A DNA stretch of 64,000 nucleotides from Chlorokybus atmophyticus (Eukaryota; Plantae; Mesostigma and Chlorokybus algae). Of the stretch, positions 47,034 through 60,478 are shown piece by piece. The stretch's first letter is position 1. Each line of letters opens with the position of its first letter. The stretch spans positions 186,001 through 250,000 of the forward strand of contig RHPI01002438.1 of assembly GCA_009103225.1 (NCBI GenBank). Direction: 5' to 3'. Below the pieces are notes generated by a model. That model was not told the DNA's origin. It did not search any database and worked only from the letters and a program-made list of their open reading frames with translations. The position numbers were made by a program, and so were the translations under genes.

Positions 47034-49576
47034 ATATCAGTCGTCATAGCTTGTGTTTGCAAGGCGCGGGCCACCCGCTGCCCGCATAGCCGCACAAAGC
47101 TTACACGGTAGTCACTGTGACCGCCCCTTGCATTTTTACATGCGCACAGACGTAGCATGCATATGTGCTGAAACTCCTCTTTTAGCGTGCCATGCGTCTC
47201 CATTGTCAGCAGGTACAAGGTATGCCTTATAGAGTGGGGATAAGGCTTTAACTACTTGCGGCTTATGGTAAAGTGGGCCTTCCTCATTATTGTGAACACG
47301 TCATGCACCATTGGCAATCATATGACTCGGTGTGCGCACAGCCAATTGCGCATCGCAGCAGTTGCGCACCCTCGAGCTGCAGCGGCAACCCCACATGCAC
47401 ATGTTGATACAACTACCATTAGTCATGATGTGTATCACATGGGTCCAATCATTGATCAATCGTTCAATTTCCAACGCCACTCCTACAACGCATACAATGC
47501 GAAGCACACTACACCAACTTAGCATAATTATATAAGTAATGTTTGCAATAAGAGCCACACCCAGCGCATTACCTAACAATCGAATGCTGGCCGACATGCG
47601 CCCCACACCCCTACAACCCGCAATGCCAGTGCCGATAGCGCCAACATGGCCGAAGCCATTTGCGGCAAGGCCACCGTCACGCACTAATGACATTGTGTCA
47701 TGAAGCGTGAGACGAAGTGTGGCACCGACCCGCGGTGCTGCCTGGTGCGTCGCGCGCATGGTGGCATTGCGTTAGACGACGACAATAACACTTTAAGGTA
47801 GGCATGCATCACGTTATTGCTCAGGTACCACAATGTCCATTTGTTGTCGCCATTCATCGATGTCCACCACAGACGCAATGGTCACATCCCTGCGTATGAT
47901 CTTCAGTACAGAAACGGGTATCACATCATCACGTATAGTGTTGCGAGCTCGCATTGGTGGCCCTCCCAGGTGCATTCGTCAGGTGGGAGCTCTTAGCCAA
48001 TTGCAAGCACCTCGCCGCACTCGCATAGCAAACGCCCAACAACAATGGGTGTGGTAATCGTAATCACTGGCGTATAGCAATGCAGTACTTGTTCGGCTAA
48101 GGCTTAGCCTCCCAAGATAAGCTTAAACATTGTCAGCTCTTGGTGTACGGGCGCACACATCAGGCTGTTGGCATGCTATCCGGTGCCAAACTTGGGCTAA
48201 ACCACTCGATTACTACTTTACAACAACGCCATGAGATGGAACCATGGAGGTGTGACGGCTTATGTATGTTACTGAATTGATGTAATTAAAGTGAAATAAC
48301 TACTTGTGGATGTTATATAGTCATGTTAATGCTTATAAAGGACAATGGTTGTAATGACAATAATATACTGGCATCACTTGTATGCACTTTGACTTTACAT
48401 ACGCACCTCATGCATTGCATGATGGCCCTATGGCTGTTATGAAACCTCAACGCACGCAATTGTGAGTAGTTTGCGCTAGGCAGTCACCCAATTCAACTCT
48501 GTTAAGGCTATATTAACGCCGGGGTTTGCGGTCTTTGAAAACGTGTAATTGACTAATGACGGCGTATTTGCCGCGGGTCACAAAGGGAAGTTGTCCCATC
48601 ACCATGTATGTGACTGTATGCCGTTTACAGCACGTAAATGCACTTGATATATAAAAAATGACCTTAACAACTCATACAGGTGTAAGTCTTACACTGAAAT
48701 TTGCGTTAAAAACTTATCATAGGAAGCGTTGAATGTAACCCTATTTATTTTATATATCTATGAAGATTGTGTCATTCTGAACAACTTACACTTTTACATC
48801 AAGTTCATACGATGCAAGGAGTTGTTACAATAAATCCTTAAAGTTTTAGTTAACCCAAATTGTAAGAATTTTGGCACGTGGTAGCCTGCCAACAGCCATC
48901 AACTGCGTTTCAGCACCTGTATCAGATGCGGTTACAGGCGGTGTATAGGGCATACATCATAGTCGGCGACGATCATATATGTAACTGTTAAAGGGCCTTG
49001 AATGACTATGCATACACATGCTCAATGCACCAACACACAGCATACAAGGACAAGCCACTACGAGTAAGCAAACTATCACTACAACCCGGGCCTTTACGAC
49101 TCTACATCACACTCAGTGCACTATGTGCTATGCAAGTGTGATGCAGCAGCAGCCACAAACGGCGTAACCAACTTGTGAATTACAGGCAGTGCATGTCATG
49201 CTCCGAAGCCAGGGTCATGAACTTCGGCTTTTTATTCAATGGTTGACCACAGCTGTCAGGGTCTTGTCAGGCAAGTGACGGTGCTGCAACCAATGGTTGC
49301 GGCAGGCCCGCGAGCGCATCATCGTCCGCACATTCATCTAGGTGGTGTCTGCAGTGTGTGTGTGGCAGATGGTGCGAGATGTTTGGACCATCGACTCCAC
49401 AATGTGTCCATGGTAGGACCTACCGCAGTGGCGGACGCAGCTCTTGCGTAGGATGCTGCTAGCATGCATGGTTGAACGGATGTGCGTGTTGAAGTGTGTG
49501 GCGGAAGCTGAGCGCGCTGTGAACATTATGCTACTAGCCATGTATAGAGCTTGAGTGATGGTAGTACATTTGATAC

Positions 49577-49610
49577 CGCGGCGGAGGAAGTGATCACTTC
49601 CTCCGCCGCG
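49577..49610. repeat. Perfect 34-bp palindrome
   Basis: cgcggcggaggaagtga followed directly by its reverse complement tcacttcctccgccgcg. Confidence 0.95.
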
Positions 49611-50400
49611 ATCACTTTCTTGAGTGTTGAGAAAGTAGACGAGCAAAGTCCCTACCTTACACATCCCCACTTGCAACTGCTGTTATTGCTGCTTACTTGT
49701 CTGCGTGCAATAATACAGCACTCATCGATGAGAAAGTCTAACCGCCCTGTGTGCACACTCTTGAACTATGCACACCCTCTATGTATGCACATTTGACACG
49801 AGAACACATCCCCCGCTAGTCAAATACTACCCTATGTAAGTACTTGCACACGCTCGTTCCAAGCCGCTTGGAACGAAGTTGGTGTAGCACACCAAAAACA
49901 GCCCATTAATCTGTGCATACAAAGAGGGAGAACATATAAGATCTATTGATCTATATGACATACTTGATAAAAATGCATTGGTGTTCGACTTAGGTTATGA
50001 CTATGTATAGCTATTACCAACGACTATCCGATATCAGCTTTTGCAATATGCACATTGTGCATATTGAGAGGTTTATGCGCAATATGCACAATGTTGAAGG
50101 TAGCACACGTCTGTCTAGGCACAACATCGATGCGCATTGATGGTGTGCTTAGAACGAGGTTTGACTATAACGTGCTACCTTTCTCATGCCCAAGCTTCGG
50201 CACATGAGCTGCAGGTATCTATCATGATTTGCTCAGGAGTTCCTTCACCGTGTTTCAAGCTTGCTTGCCTGCACAAATGGTGCGCTCTGTGGCACTGGGA
50301 GCATTGCACACTACTACTGGTGTATGCCTTCATGTATTCACATGGTCATGGACATGGTGCATAACAGTATGCAGGAACACATATATAGACTATTGATAAG

Positions 50401-53400
50401 TTATACATGGTCTAATGGAGTCGAGCCCATCTCAACCTCAGCCCTAGGCTCAAGTCGGGAACTAGGCAACCGCTGCAGCTGTGGTGAGTCGAACTCAACA
50501 TAGCGAGCTGGCATGCTGCGTGGGGAGGATGCGATTGGTTCGTGCATGTTGAAGACAGATGTAGGCTGGAAACCAATGTTTTCCAGGGAAAGCTGCATGC
50601 CAGCAAACTGCACACACAGAAATGCCAGTCAGGCGATCAGGAAACAAGTTGGGTGACCATGACATACGCACACGAACAGAAGAACATGTACCCTGGCGTC
50701 TTCGACCACTTCAGACATCATTGGGATAACGATGGCTGCTGGTGCAAAATTGGACTGTGGCGTCAACGGCGAGCTGGCAGCTGCATCAGGATGCGTTGCA
50801 TTTACATCCACGAAAAGGTCCGGTGCAACCCTGCCAAGCAATGGATGCGGTCAGCAGCAAATATTTTGCTGCATGCGCAAAGCTAAAAGTCACACGCTTA
50901 CTTCAAAGGGCTAATCGCTCCAGGCTGTGTTTCTGCAGTCTTGGTTACTATTGTGACCACTTCAGGCTTCCTTGGAGTACTATCGTCCTCTGCGAGCAAC
51001 AACCGATGAGCTCGCGTGCGGCAAGAGCAGCAAGCCATATGATTGCAAAGCACGCACCATCAGACAGCACAGCGTAGTTCTTCCAGCCATCAGGTCGAGG
51101 CCCTCTTTCAGCACCTAAGTCAACATACATATTATATGAAGGCTCTTTCTGGACATGGCTAATGCTCCCGGTGCGGCAGGCATGTAGTTAAGCCTGACAC
51201 TGAACTTGCATCAAGATGATTTATCTCGCAAAAGGACAGACTTATCATACTTTGGGTTGTGCTTTTGGGAGCCAACATGACCACGCCAGACATAATGATG
51301 AGGAAGCCCAGACAGAACATGGGTGCCTCCAATCCATCAAACACCTGCAGTTCGTTAATGGCAAATGTAAAACACAACATTACAAGATACGATCCACAAA
51401 CTATCCACAAAACAGCCCACATACGGATGGTGACTAACAGTATATACAATGAACTGTAGACGACACAGGCACAGATGTTTGGTACACCAAGGTGACACGT
51501 ACCTTGTACTCCTCAAAGTAGGTTCCACCGGACAAAATTGAAAAGAGTGTCCAGGCAACTTGCAGCATGGGCACTATCACCACAGCGTCAAACAGCGATA
51601 GCGCTTTATTCAGGCGAGCCATCTGTCATTGACAGTTTCAGATCAGTCCCCATGCCAGCTCTGGACGCTGTCCAAGGCTGAGTAGGTTGCGGAGCCTTTG
51701 ATGAGAACTAAAGTGAACCAGTAGCTCACCCAAAAAGCGGATGAGATCAAAAAAAAGAACAGCACGACATATGCAAACCAGCCAGCAACCAGCTGCGGAT
51801 CCCCACCCCACAGTCGGCGCATAAGAATAGACCTGTGCAGTTATGTCAGTGCCAAGCCGACTTGTAGGTATGTATGAAACAACTTTTAGGTGCCGACAAC
51901 CACCACACCCCCTGACTTGCTACAAAACACTTACAAAGATTTGCCTAGAAGCACGCTTTGCGTGCCAATGATGCCGGACACCTGCGAGCAGTCAGAGTCA
52001 CATCAGTTGCAGCTGGGTGCCTTGCAGCAATTGCAAAGCCATACGTACAAATGCATCTCCACAAAGCAATGTCAGTCTGCGAATAGCACAATCTAGAACC
52101 AACGTAAAGCCAGCCACGCAAGAATATATCAGCTGCTGAACTCCGCTATGGCTCACACACAACCGATTGATTGGCAGATGGTGTCTTTATGACACGGGGG
52201 CACGCAACCAGCAAGCACATGTATGGTACAAGATCGCTTGCAACCTCCCAACACATACCATGGCATAGGAGAAAGGCAGAAGGTTGCGATGCATGGCGGA
52301 CAACTGCTGCCCCTCAATCTGTGCAATCTTTGCTTTTCGCCGCCCAACGCGATAGATTGCCGCAAATCCCACGCAAACAGCCACCAGAATTCCCATGTAA
52401 ACCAGGTACACTGGTGCTTGATAGAAGGCAAGCAACTCCTCAACCGTATATGCTGCACATTGGAATAATCATGACCATGCTGGGAAGCGGCCACCACTTG
52501 CTTGTGCACAATATCGACTGAGGCAGCACTGCAAGCGATCCACACAACAACGGGGTGGTGCTTACTGCGGGACTCATGGTTGCCAAACCACACAAGCAGG
52601 AAATTGCCCGCCACAATCAAGCACGTTGCCGCCACAATGCTGCAGATCTTCAGATCAGTCCACAACAGGGCTTGCAAGGCAATGTGCTGCATGGCATGGG
52701 CATCAACAGCAGCAACATACCGGAATGTAATGCGCTCCTTGAGCACGACTGAAGCAAACACTACATTGGAAACAAACTGCACAGACCCCAGCGCCGCTAG
52801 CAATGACTGCCAAGTACAAATGTGCTCAGCAACAAAGACCTCAACACATGCCATGAATAGCGACAGCATGTAGATGCATACCTGCGCTGCATACCCAAAG
52901 GACACAAAGTTGAGTACATTGCCGAAGATGAATGCGACTAGGCCTGTGAACACACAACCGGTCAGCATTCCTGCCATGGCTGCGCGCAAAGCTAGGCGTG
53001 ATGCAACCTGAATCACAGTGGCATACATCCACTTCAGCCTCCGCAACACCATCACACTCACCAAACCTCCAGACGACAAAGGCATGTATTGATGGTTTCA
53101 CAACAGGCTTCAACCGCCTGAGGAAATCATCTTCTGTGTCATCTGGAGATGTTGAAGCAGGCGGGATGTAGGCATCGCGCTACAGGGCAACATGCAGCCG
53201 TAAGCCCTTCAGTATCAATTGTGATGGCCATCCCAAAACTTAGTGACATGCATGCTTCTGATGATGCGTAAGGCCACCTCACACCCAAACCCGCATGATA
53301 TGTAGACAGGTGGAAGTCAAACCTGATTGTGGCCAAGCTTGATCAAGTTTGTCCCAAAGTTTATGCATATCGATCCAATAAGGTTGAGAACAGCGCCGAT

Positions 53401-53412
53401 CCACCACCCCAT
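50401..53412 (-). CDS. NIPA-family magnesium transporter (plant NIPA8-like), multi-exon
   Basis: MGWWIGAVLNLIGSICINFGTNLIKLGHNQ; FIFGNVLNFVSFGYAAQ|SLLAALGSVQFVSN; LLPFSYAMV; MARLNKALSLFDAVVIVPMLQVAWTLFSILSGGTYFEEY. Confidence 0.9.
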
Positions 53413-54894
53413 GCCCTTGGCAGGCGTGGCCTAATGCAGTCGCAGCCGTGCACATACCCTGCAAGAAAGCTGCGCTCCATGATGACATGAGGCTATCAAC
53501 CATACGCATGTCAAGGCACAAGTGACATGGCGACTCAGCTCAACCGGATCAAACCCCGACACAAGCAATAAGCTGCCCAAACTGGATAGCAGACGGGCAA
53601 GTTTAAACAACACCAGACGCAACAGTAGTAGTCACGAGAAAACAGGCAGCTCAAAGCCAGAGTACAACCCAGCGCCAGTGACAAGGCTGATACCATGCTG
53701 TGCTGGAACGACATACATGCAATTGCAACATGAAGCAAGACAACAAATTGTGAGGCTGTGAGTGCCTGCTGGAAGAGCGTGCACTGTCTGCAATCACCAC
53801 GTGTGAACCTTTCGTAATTGGCAAGCACACCGGGCACACGAGAAAAGCGTCCTAAGATCAACGCAAAACGCTTGACGTCACGGAGTCCAGCAACAACGCG
53901 CACAGCGTCCAAAGGAGAGACAGATACCACTTTGGACATGTTGCGCCAGCAAGTTGAATTGCGTGATTGGCCTGACTATGTACGTTCACAGTTTCAGTGT
54001 TCAAAACTCAGTTGAACTTGCAGTGCAACAACTGGAGTGCCTACCACTCAACTGAGCTGACTGACCAGTTCACAAGCGTGCACAAACAGCGTTTGCTAGG
54101 CATGGTTTGCAAGCCACACACATCAGGAACGCTAAGCTGTCAGGCTACCAAGGCGTTAAATTGGTTACTGAGTCCCAGCCTCAGCACTGCTGCTAACTCG
54201 ACTCACCTTTCTAGTGGGCAGAAGAGCGCTTAAGCAGCTGAACAGCACCCTCCAGCTCCTTCCTTATTCAAAGTCAGCTCAGACACCTTTCCTGCCGCTG
54301 CACCACCGACCAGCACTAGAACCAACGCTGCGCAGACCACGGCTTAAAGCTGTTTACAACCCCGCAATCAGCTCTGTCAAACGCAGGCCCAGACGTCGTG
54401 GTCGTCTTTCCTCCGATCCTCTTGCCAGCAAGCACCCCACCTTTCAGCTGAATTACAACCCTACCCTTAAATAGGCGCTCGTCCTCCCGTGCAGCGCCCC
54501 TGTCAGCCACCACCGCCGCCGCTACCACCGTCGCCGCCGACGACCACTAGTACGACAAGCACAGAGACACAATCGCATAGCTGGGGCCACTTCCTGTTCA
54601 AACCCCAAACGGTAGCCGAGATCACTAACGTTGCTGCTTGTACTTTTGACCCAGGTAAGCGGCGGCGATGCGCGTAAGGTTAGGGGCGTGAGAAGTCGGA
54701 TGCGATGCAGCTAACGTTGATCTTCTTTGCTGCTGTCCGTTGTGACTGTTTTGCTGTCCCGGGATACGGAGGACCCGCCGTTATGGCAACCTGGATTACG
54801 CAACTCACCGCAGGAAGTTGATATCAGTGGCATGTCAACAAGTAGTGGATATCTATGTGCGGCGGCAGTGTGGCGGAGAGTGGCGGTGGCGGTC

Positions 54895-56380
54895 ATGGCG
54901 GAGGCGGCGGCAGGGAGGATGGCTTCAGCAGAGGCGGCGCTGCGGGAGCTACCTGGCGTCCTGGATGCGTCGCGGTTTGTGTGCGTCGGCGACACTATCA
55001 GCACGGACCACGACGCCACGTTCTTGAGGTGGGTTGTAATCAGCAGGGAGGAAGTAGCAGCAGTGGTCGGTGTGTGCTTTCGGCTATTTAGGATTCGCAT
55101 GATTGAATAGCTGTTTATTGTGTGCAGAGGGCATGGGACGCACTTAGTGGATGAGAGGCTCGTTGCAACCGTCAGTGGTGTCATTGAAAGGGTCAACAAG
55201 CTGATATCCGTGCGACCGCTCAATACAAGGTGCGTGCATTAATCCTTTGGAAAGTCAGTTTGAATATCTGGACATTCTCAAGGCTGCCTTTTGCATGTTG
55301 TGAAACTGTTTTCTGCATTGTAACGTGTTGAATTGCATGCAATGCATGCGCGTTCGTTGTATGCATTGTATCTCTGGATGTTGTACCTGCAATGCATGCA
55401 TCAGACGCACACGCACATGCATTGCAGGTACAATCCAGAGGCAGGGGATGTGGTGGTTGGGAGGGTTACAGAGGTGGCGCAGAAGAGGTGGTTGCTAGAC
55501 ATCAACTCGAGACAGGAGGCGCAGCTCATGCTCGCTTCGGTTAACCTACCAGGTGGTATACAGGCAAGTGTCTGTGTCTGCAGAGCAGCACATGCATCTA
55601 TGCATGTGCTGCTCTCAGCAGCTGCCCGTGCAAGGCCAAGACGTGCACGAACAACGACAATCAGCTGCTCATTTGCGTGCACTTTTGCAGAGAAGGAGAA
55701 CTAATGTGGATGAACTCAACATGCGGACTCTCTATGCTGAAAACGAGCTTATCAGCGTAAGTGCAGGGGTGTTACTTGCCGCAATTGTCGCTTGCATCGT
55801 CATTACCAACTCAAGTACCATTGCAGGCAGAAGTGCAGTCTGTGATGGCAGACGGCGGTGTACAGCTACATACGCGCAGCTTGAAGTATGGCAAGGTTAG
55901 AAGGACGGTGCACATTGTGTAACAAACCCATCATATGCAAGTCACACCTCCAAGCTGTGTTCACTGCAGCTGGAACGAGGCCAGCTGGTTAGGGTGCCAC
56001 CTTCTCTTGTCAAGCGGCTGAAGCAGCATTTCCACTATCTTGAGCCCTGTGATGTGGACGCGATATTCGGCGTCAATGGGTTCATTTGGATCTGCGAGCA
56101 CCGCGACCCTGCCGCCCAACCATCTGACGACAACAACATCAATGCCGAGGAGGGCATCCCGCTGCCGGTCAGGCAGCGGATATGCCGAGTAGCCAATGCT
56201 GTGCGCGTCTTGTCGTCACTGTTCTTCTCCATACAGCCCGCATCTGTCATCCGCACCTACGAGGCCAGCCTCAAATCGGGAGTGGCATCCAAAGACATGC
56301 TGGGATCCGATTTTCTTGCGCGCGTCATGGAGGGCGAAGCAGAGCGGCGGCTGCAAGAGGACCAAGACATGTTGTCGTAG
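54895..56380 (+). CDS. RRP4: RNA exosome cap subunit RRP4
   Basis: FLR|GHGT...VATVSGVIERVNKLISVRPL...YNPEAGDVVVGRVTEVAQKRW...SVNLPGGIQ|RRRT...HTRSLKYGK|L...GVNGFIWI. Confidence 0.95.
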
Positions 56381-57191
56381 TGGTAGTCTCTCAGCGTGTA
56401 CATCTCGTGCATGACAGCTACAGCAGTACAGCTACCAGTTGCAGAAGGTCTGGAACTCAACAACACAAGTCTGAGCGCCACTAGCGGCACCCTTGCAACC
56501 ACACACAGTCTCGTATGTAAACACAACAGCTTGTGCATAGAGGATCACATATTGTGTCAATCAGCGTAGAATCACTGTACTGCAGTATACACATCAGCCT
56601 GTAAGAACTTCTTACAATCTGATCAACATGTTGTTCTGCTTGCTGTGTCGGAGCCTCTTGAGAAGCGCACGATAGCGCCTTCGCTTTTCTACACACAGCA
56701 AGTAGAAGCCACACATTGCTGCTCGGCGAGCCTTCACACTCAAACCCAAACAACCTCACTAATTTGTTAGGGACCGCTGCTAGGGACATGCAGCCATGTG
56801 CAAATGCCGCAGCAGCAACAGCAGTCGTAGGAGCAGGAGGCGAAGCAGGTCACACACCTGCAGGGCACTGGAAGTGCATGACAGTGAGCCAAGCCATCAC
56901 TGCCTCTCAAGCCGAGACGCAGGCAACTCGCTTGTAGTTTTCTTTCTTAACATACTTAGCACACTGTTGACCTGTACCATGTCCTGCACTCGAGCTAGCC
57001 ACAGTTTATCCAACCATTTGCAAAATGTCGCCTAAGTTGCTTGTTGGCATTTGTGCAATAAAGGTTGCAGCTGTATCAACTGATTGACATTGATGCGAAC
57101 TGGCCTAGTCCCGCCAAGCGACTGCATTGTTAACTACCAGACTACGCTCCCTTGACATGCCAATTCCTGAACCAACCCAAAACGGCAATTA

Positions 57192-58838
57192 CTAAGCCTT
57201 CTTCTTGGTAACTTTCGTGGTCCTTTTGGAGCCAGCAGGCTTGAAGTAGAACCACGCAGCAACAGCCGCAGATAGCAACCCGGCCACTGCCAGTATATTG
57301 CGAGGTGTGAAGTACTGTGAGAACACACAAACACATTGGTAAGCCCCAGGTGGTAAGCCCCAGGCACCAATGACAGCCAATTGCCAACATCATTGCGCAT
57401 GCGAAGCAAAGAAGCACACTTGCCTTGCGGTTTGCCGACAGCACCGCAGCTTTCTCGGCAGGGGACAGGATGGTGAGAGGCACAGGTGTGTTGGATGTGG
57501 AGGCCTGTGACGCATTCATACAGCTCAGTCATCATGTGCCAACGTTTTGCATTGTACGCCTGAGTTGGTGAATGCTTAAGTCATGGCACGGCAGTTATTT
57601 TACCACAGGAGCAGGTTTAGCGGGGATTCGGTAGGTTGCGCTGGCCCTTGCGCTTTCCCAGGTGCCGACAAAGGTAGGCTTAACTACGAAGGAGGTGGAC
57701 ACGCTTTTACCCCTGCGATACCGCAAAGCCAGATTAATGAAGGTCAAGGCATGTGCGACGGTCCGGAGAGGAACACCAAGGCAATCACGTACGCTTGAAG
57801 CTCGCCAAAGTGGGCGGTGGTGTTACCCGACACCAACTCGAAGTGATCGCTCGGCCAATTCTCATCATTAAGAATGACATTGTATGCGGTGCTGCACCGG
57901 ATGAAGAATTATTAATATGCGTGCTGCACATATCGTCTGCATGAGGAGGAGCTTCTGTCACACCTGGAGCCTTGGTTGTACGCGGTGATGGTGACGGTTA
58001 CCGCCTCGCCTTGCGCGATTGGACCGCTTGGTGGCTTGAACGCCTTGTGCACCACCAACCACGCACCATCAGGCGCAGCAGTGCTGATCCCAGCTGCAGC
58101 CAGCAGCAGCAGAAGAGCAAGCACAACCGGCCTGCAGGAAAACCAGCATCAAGACTGCTGGTGCGATGACGCATACAAGGTTGTGGCGCATGAGGATGCG
58201 CCTCAGCTGATTTATGTTTGGACTGACATGTCGTACAGTCAGGGTGTGGCCACGCACAAGCGCAATAACTTTCGCATGCATGCATGCATGCGTGCATGTT
58301 AGCTGTAACACCTATGAAACCAGGCACGCACATGCTGCACGCCTGTTCGCATGCCAAGTCAATGAGGACGCAGCATGTTTGCATTTAGCAATGAAGGACA
58401 GAACTGCGCTATCTTGCAGTGCTACCGTATGACCACTGTCGATTTATCCCTTCAGTATATACGCAGCTTCACAACGGTGCTCAAGTACTGTGCAACATAC
58501 TGTCCGCAGCTGGAATAAAACTTGACACAGTTGACCTGCTGGCTGCGCTGTACTACAAGAACGTGTCAATGGCACAAGAAAGCATGGCCACGACCATGTC
58601 ATGAGCAAGCACAGCCAGAGGGAAGCCGCAGCAGAGCAAATTATACTGCTGCAGTATTCAAGCATCTACGTGCTCTGACAAGAGAGTACGCACAGCACAT
58701 ACAGACGCAAGAAACGCATGCAGTTGAAAAATGATTCGATCAACCCAAGAAGCAAAGCAGTGCGAGCCAGACAAACAATTGGATACAAAGTCCCACGCAA
58801 ACAGTATCAGTGTGCACTCGCCTGGAAGACACAGCCAT
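57192..58838 (-). CDS. SSR2: Translocon-associated protein beta subunit (TRAP-beta)
   Basis: Signal peptide MAVSSRPVVLALLLLLAAAGISTA (first exon inferred), then LVVHK...VTVTITAYNQG, AYNVILNDENWP...FELVSG, SFVVKP, and a C-terminal TM ILAVAGLLSAAVAAWFYF with a basic tail. Confidence 0.75.
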
Positions 58839-58955
58839 CCCGCCGTACACCGACCCTACACCGAGCACCGCCGCCGCCGCCGCCACCGCAACCACCGAGG
58901 CAGGCCACACCGCCGCAAAAGCCGTTTGCGCAGTGGGCACGCAAAATCTATCCGA

Positions 58956-58964
58956 AAACCCTAA
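58956..58964 (+). promoter_or_regulatory. Telo-box (AAACCCTAA) in the SSR2/BORCS8 divergent promoter
   Basis: Exact AAACCCTAA between the two divergent starts. Confidence 0.5.
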
Positions 58965-59093
58965 CGGTGAAACACACTTGGACACGCAACTGATCCGGGC
59001 ATTGGACACGCTCAGACACGCACTAGGTCAGCGTGCAGCGGCGTGTCCCTGGCATACAACTCTGCTTGCTGCTAACCACGCTTGGCGACAGGC

Positions 59094-60478
59094 ATGGCGG
59101 GGACGGCGGCGGTGGCAGTGGCTTCAATGCAGAGGCCTGGGGGTGCAGGCGGCGGGGGAGGCTTGTCGGAGCGTAGCGCGGAGAGGTTACAGGCAGGCAA
59201 GCAGGCGTGCTGTTTGATGACACAACGGAGCAGCTGGTAGTCACATATCCTTCCCGCATTAATTGCTTCTTTGACACAACAGACAGCATGCATGTCGTAA
59301 GATACTGTCAATTGGACTGGTCCTGTCGCCAGTGTGTGGAGATGCTTACAGGGCGCATGCATGCAAGCAGTGTACAGGGGCGCAGGAGAAGCGCTGCGCA
59401 GTGCTGCCAACGAGCCCAGCGTGGGCCTTTTCTACGTGCAGCAGCATGTGCGCAAGGCGGTCCCAGCGCTCGCTGAGATAGAGGTACAGCTAGGCCCCAG
59501 CATCCCGTTCTAAGCGGTAATGCATACTTTCAGACAAGTCATGTAGCCTGCACATTGGTTATACACACTTATACACACTCGTGTGATTGGTGTGAACAAG
59601 AGAGCCTGGTGCAGCAAGCTGACATGGACACATAGCGCACATGCGCGGTGTCCATGCGCAATGGCACTGATGACAAGTTGCGCACACTCGCAGGGTCAAG
59701 TGCGCGCAAGCGGCAACGCATGCGCATTGGAGCGTGGTGCCGCTGAGGACATGACTGCGGTTGTGCAGGTCTAGCTGGAATGCATGCATGCTATCAGCCT
59801 TTAGATCCAAGCTGCGAGTTGCTTACATGCTTTCATCCGCTTCTCTGTCGTCACCAGAGCATGCAAGCATGTGGACCACAGCTGGTGGATCGCATACGCG
59901 ACAACCTGCAGGCGGCTTCAAGTTCAACCACAGCCATAATTGCGCACAGGTTGGCTTTGCTTATGTGCTGGTTTAAAATGACGAGTTCCTTTGCTTAGTT
60001 GTCTGTGACACATGTGTCATTTGTCATATCTCAAGTGCAATAACATACTGCGTGCAGGGTGGAGCGAAGAAGGGGTTCAGCTCAAAATACCCCTATGAAA
60101 GGCTCACCGAGGCACCTCAGTGTCCAATCATCAGCTGCAACAAGCCCTGTGCAGTCAGCTGCGCCATCAGCTTCACCGCTATTTGTGCCGGCTACGCCAC
60201 CAACGCCATCCTCCGATTCAGCATTGAGGTCGCCCGCAACAGTGGCCACCTCCCTCTTGGTGCATCCGATTCAAGCTGCTGGCTCCTTACTAGGCTTTCG
60301 CAACAGCTTTGGAGCTGCAGAGCAGCAGCAAAACCCAAGTGGTAGTCCGGAACTGCGCGCAACAATTGAAGCAAATGCTTCTGCTTCAACAGTGGTTGCT
60401 CCAGCAGAGTCCTCAGCACAATCTGTCACTGCAGAAGCAAGCAAAAATGCCACTGCAGCAGATGAGGGCATTAGCTAG
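59094..60478 (+). CDS. BORCS8: BLOC-1-related complex subunit 8 (MEF2BNB domain) with an S/A/P-rich C-terminal extension
   Basis: AANEPSVGLFYVQQHVRKAVPAL matches the BORCS8 signature NEPS(V)xL(F/Y)xxQxHV. Later exons AAEDMTAVVQ|SMQACGPQLVDRIRDNL join in phase. Confidence 0.75.

Noticed and set aside
47050-48060. Possible degraded LINE/retroelement coding remnant (Cys/His and Trp patterns)
   Set aside because: No RT, endonuclease or integrase motif is recognisable and stops are frequent; it needs a translated search.
59207-59290. VLFDDTTEQL segment suggested Mic1/RMC1
   Set aside because: It falls inside the first intron of the better-supported BORCS8 model.
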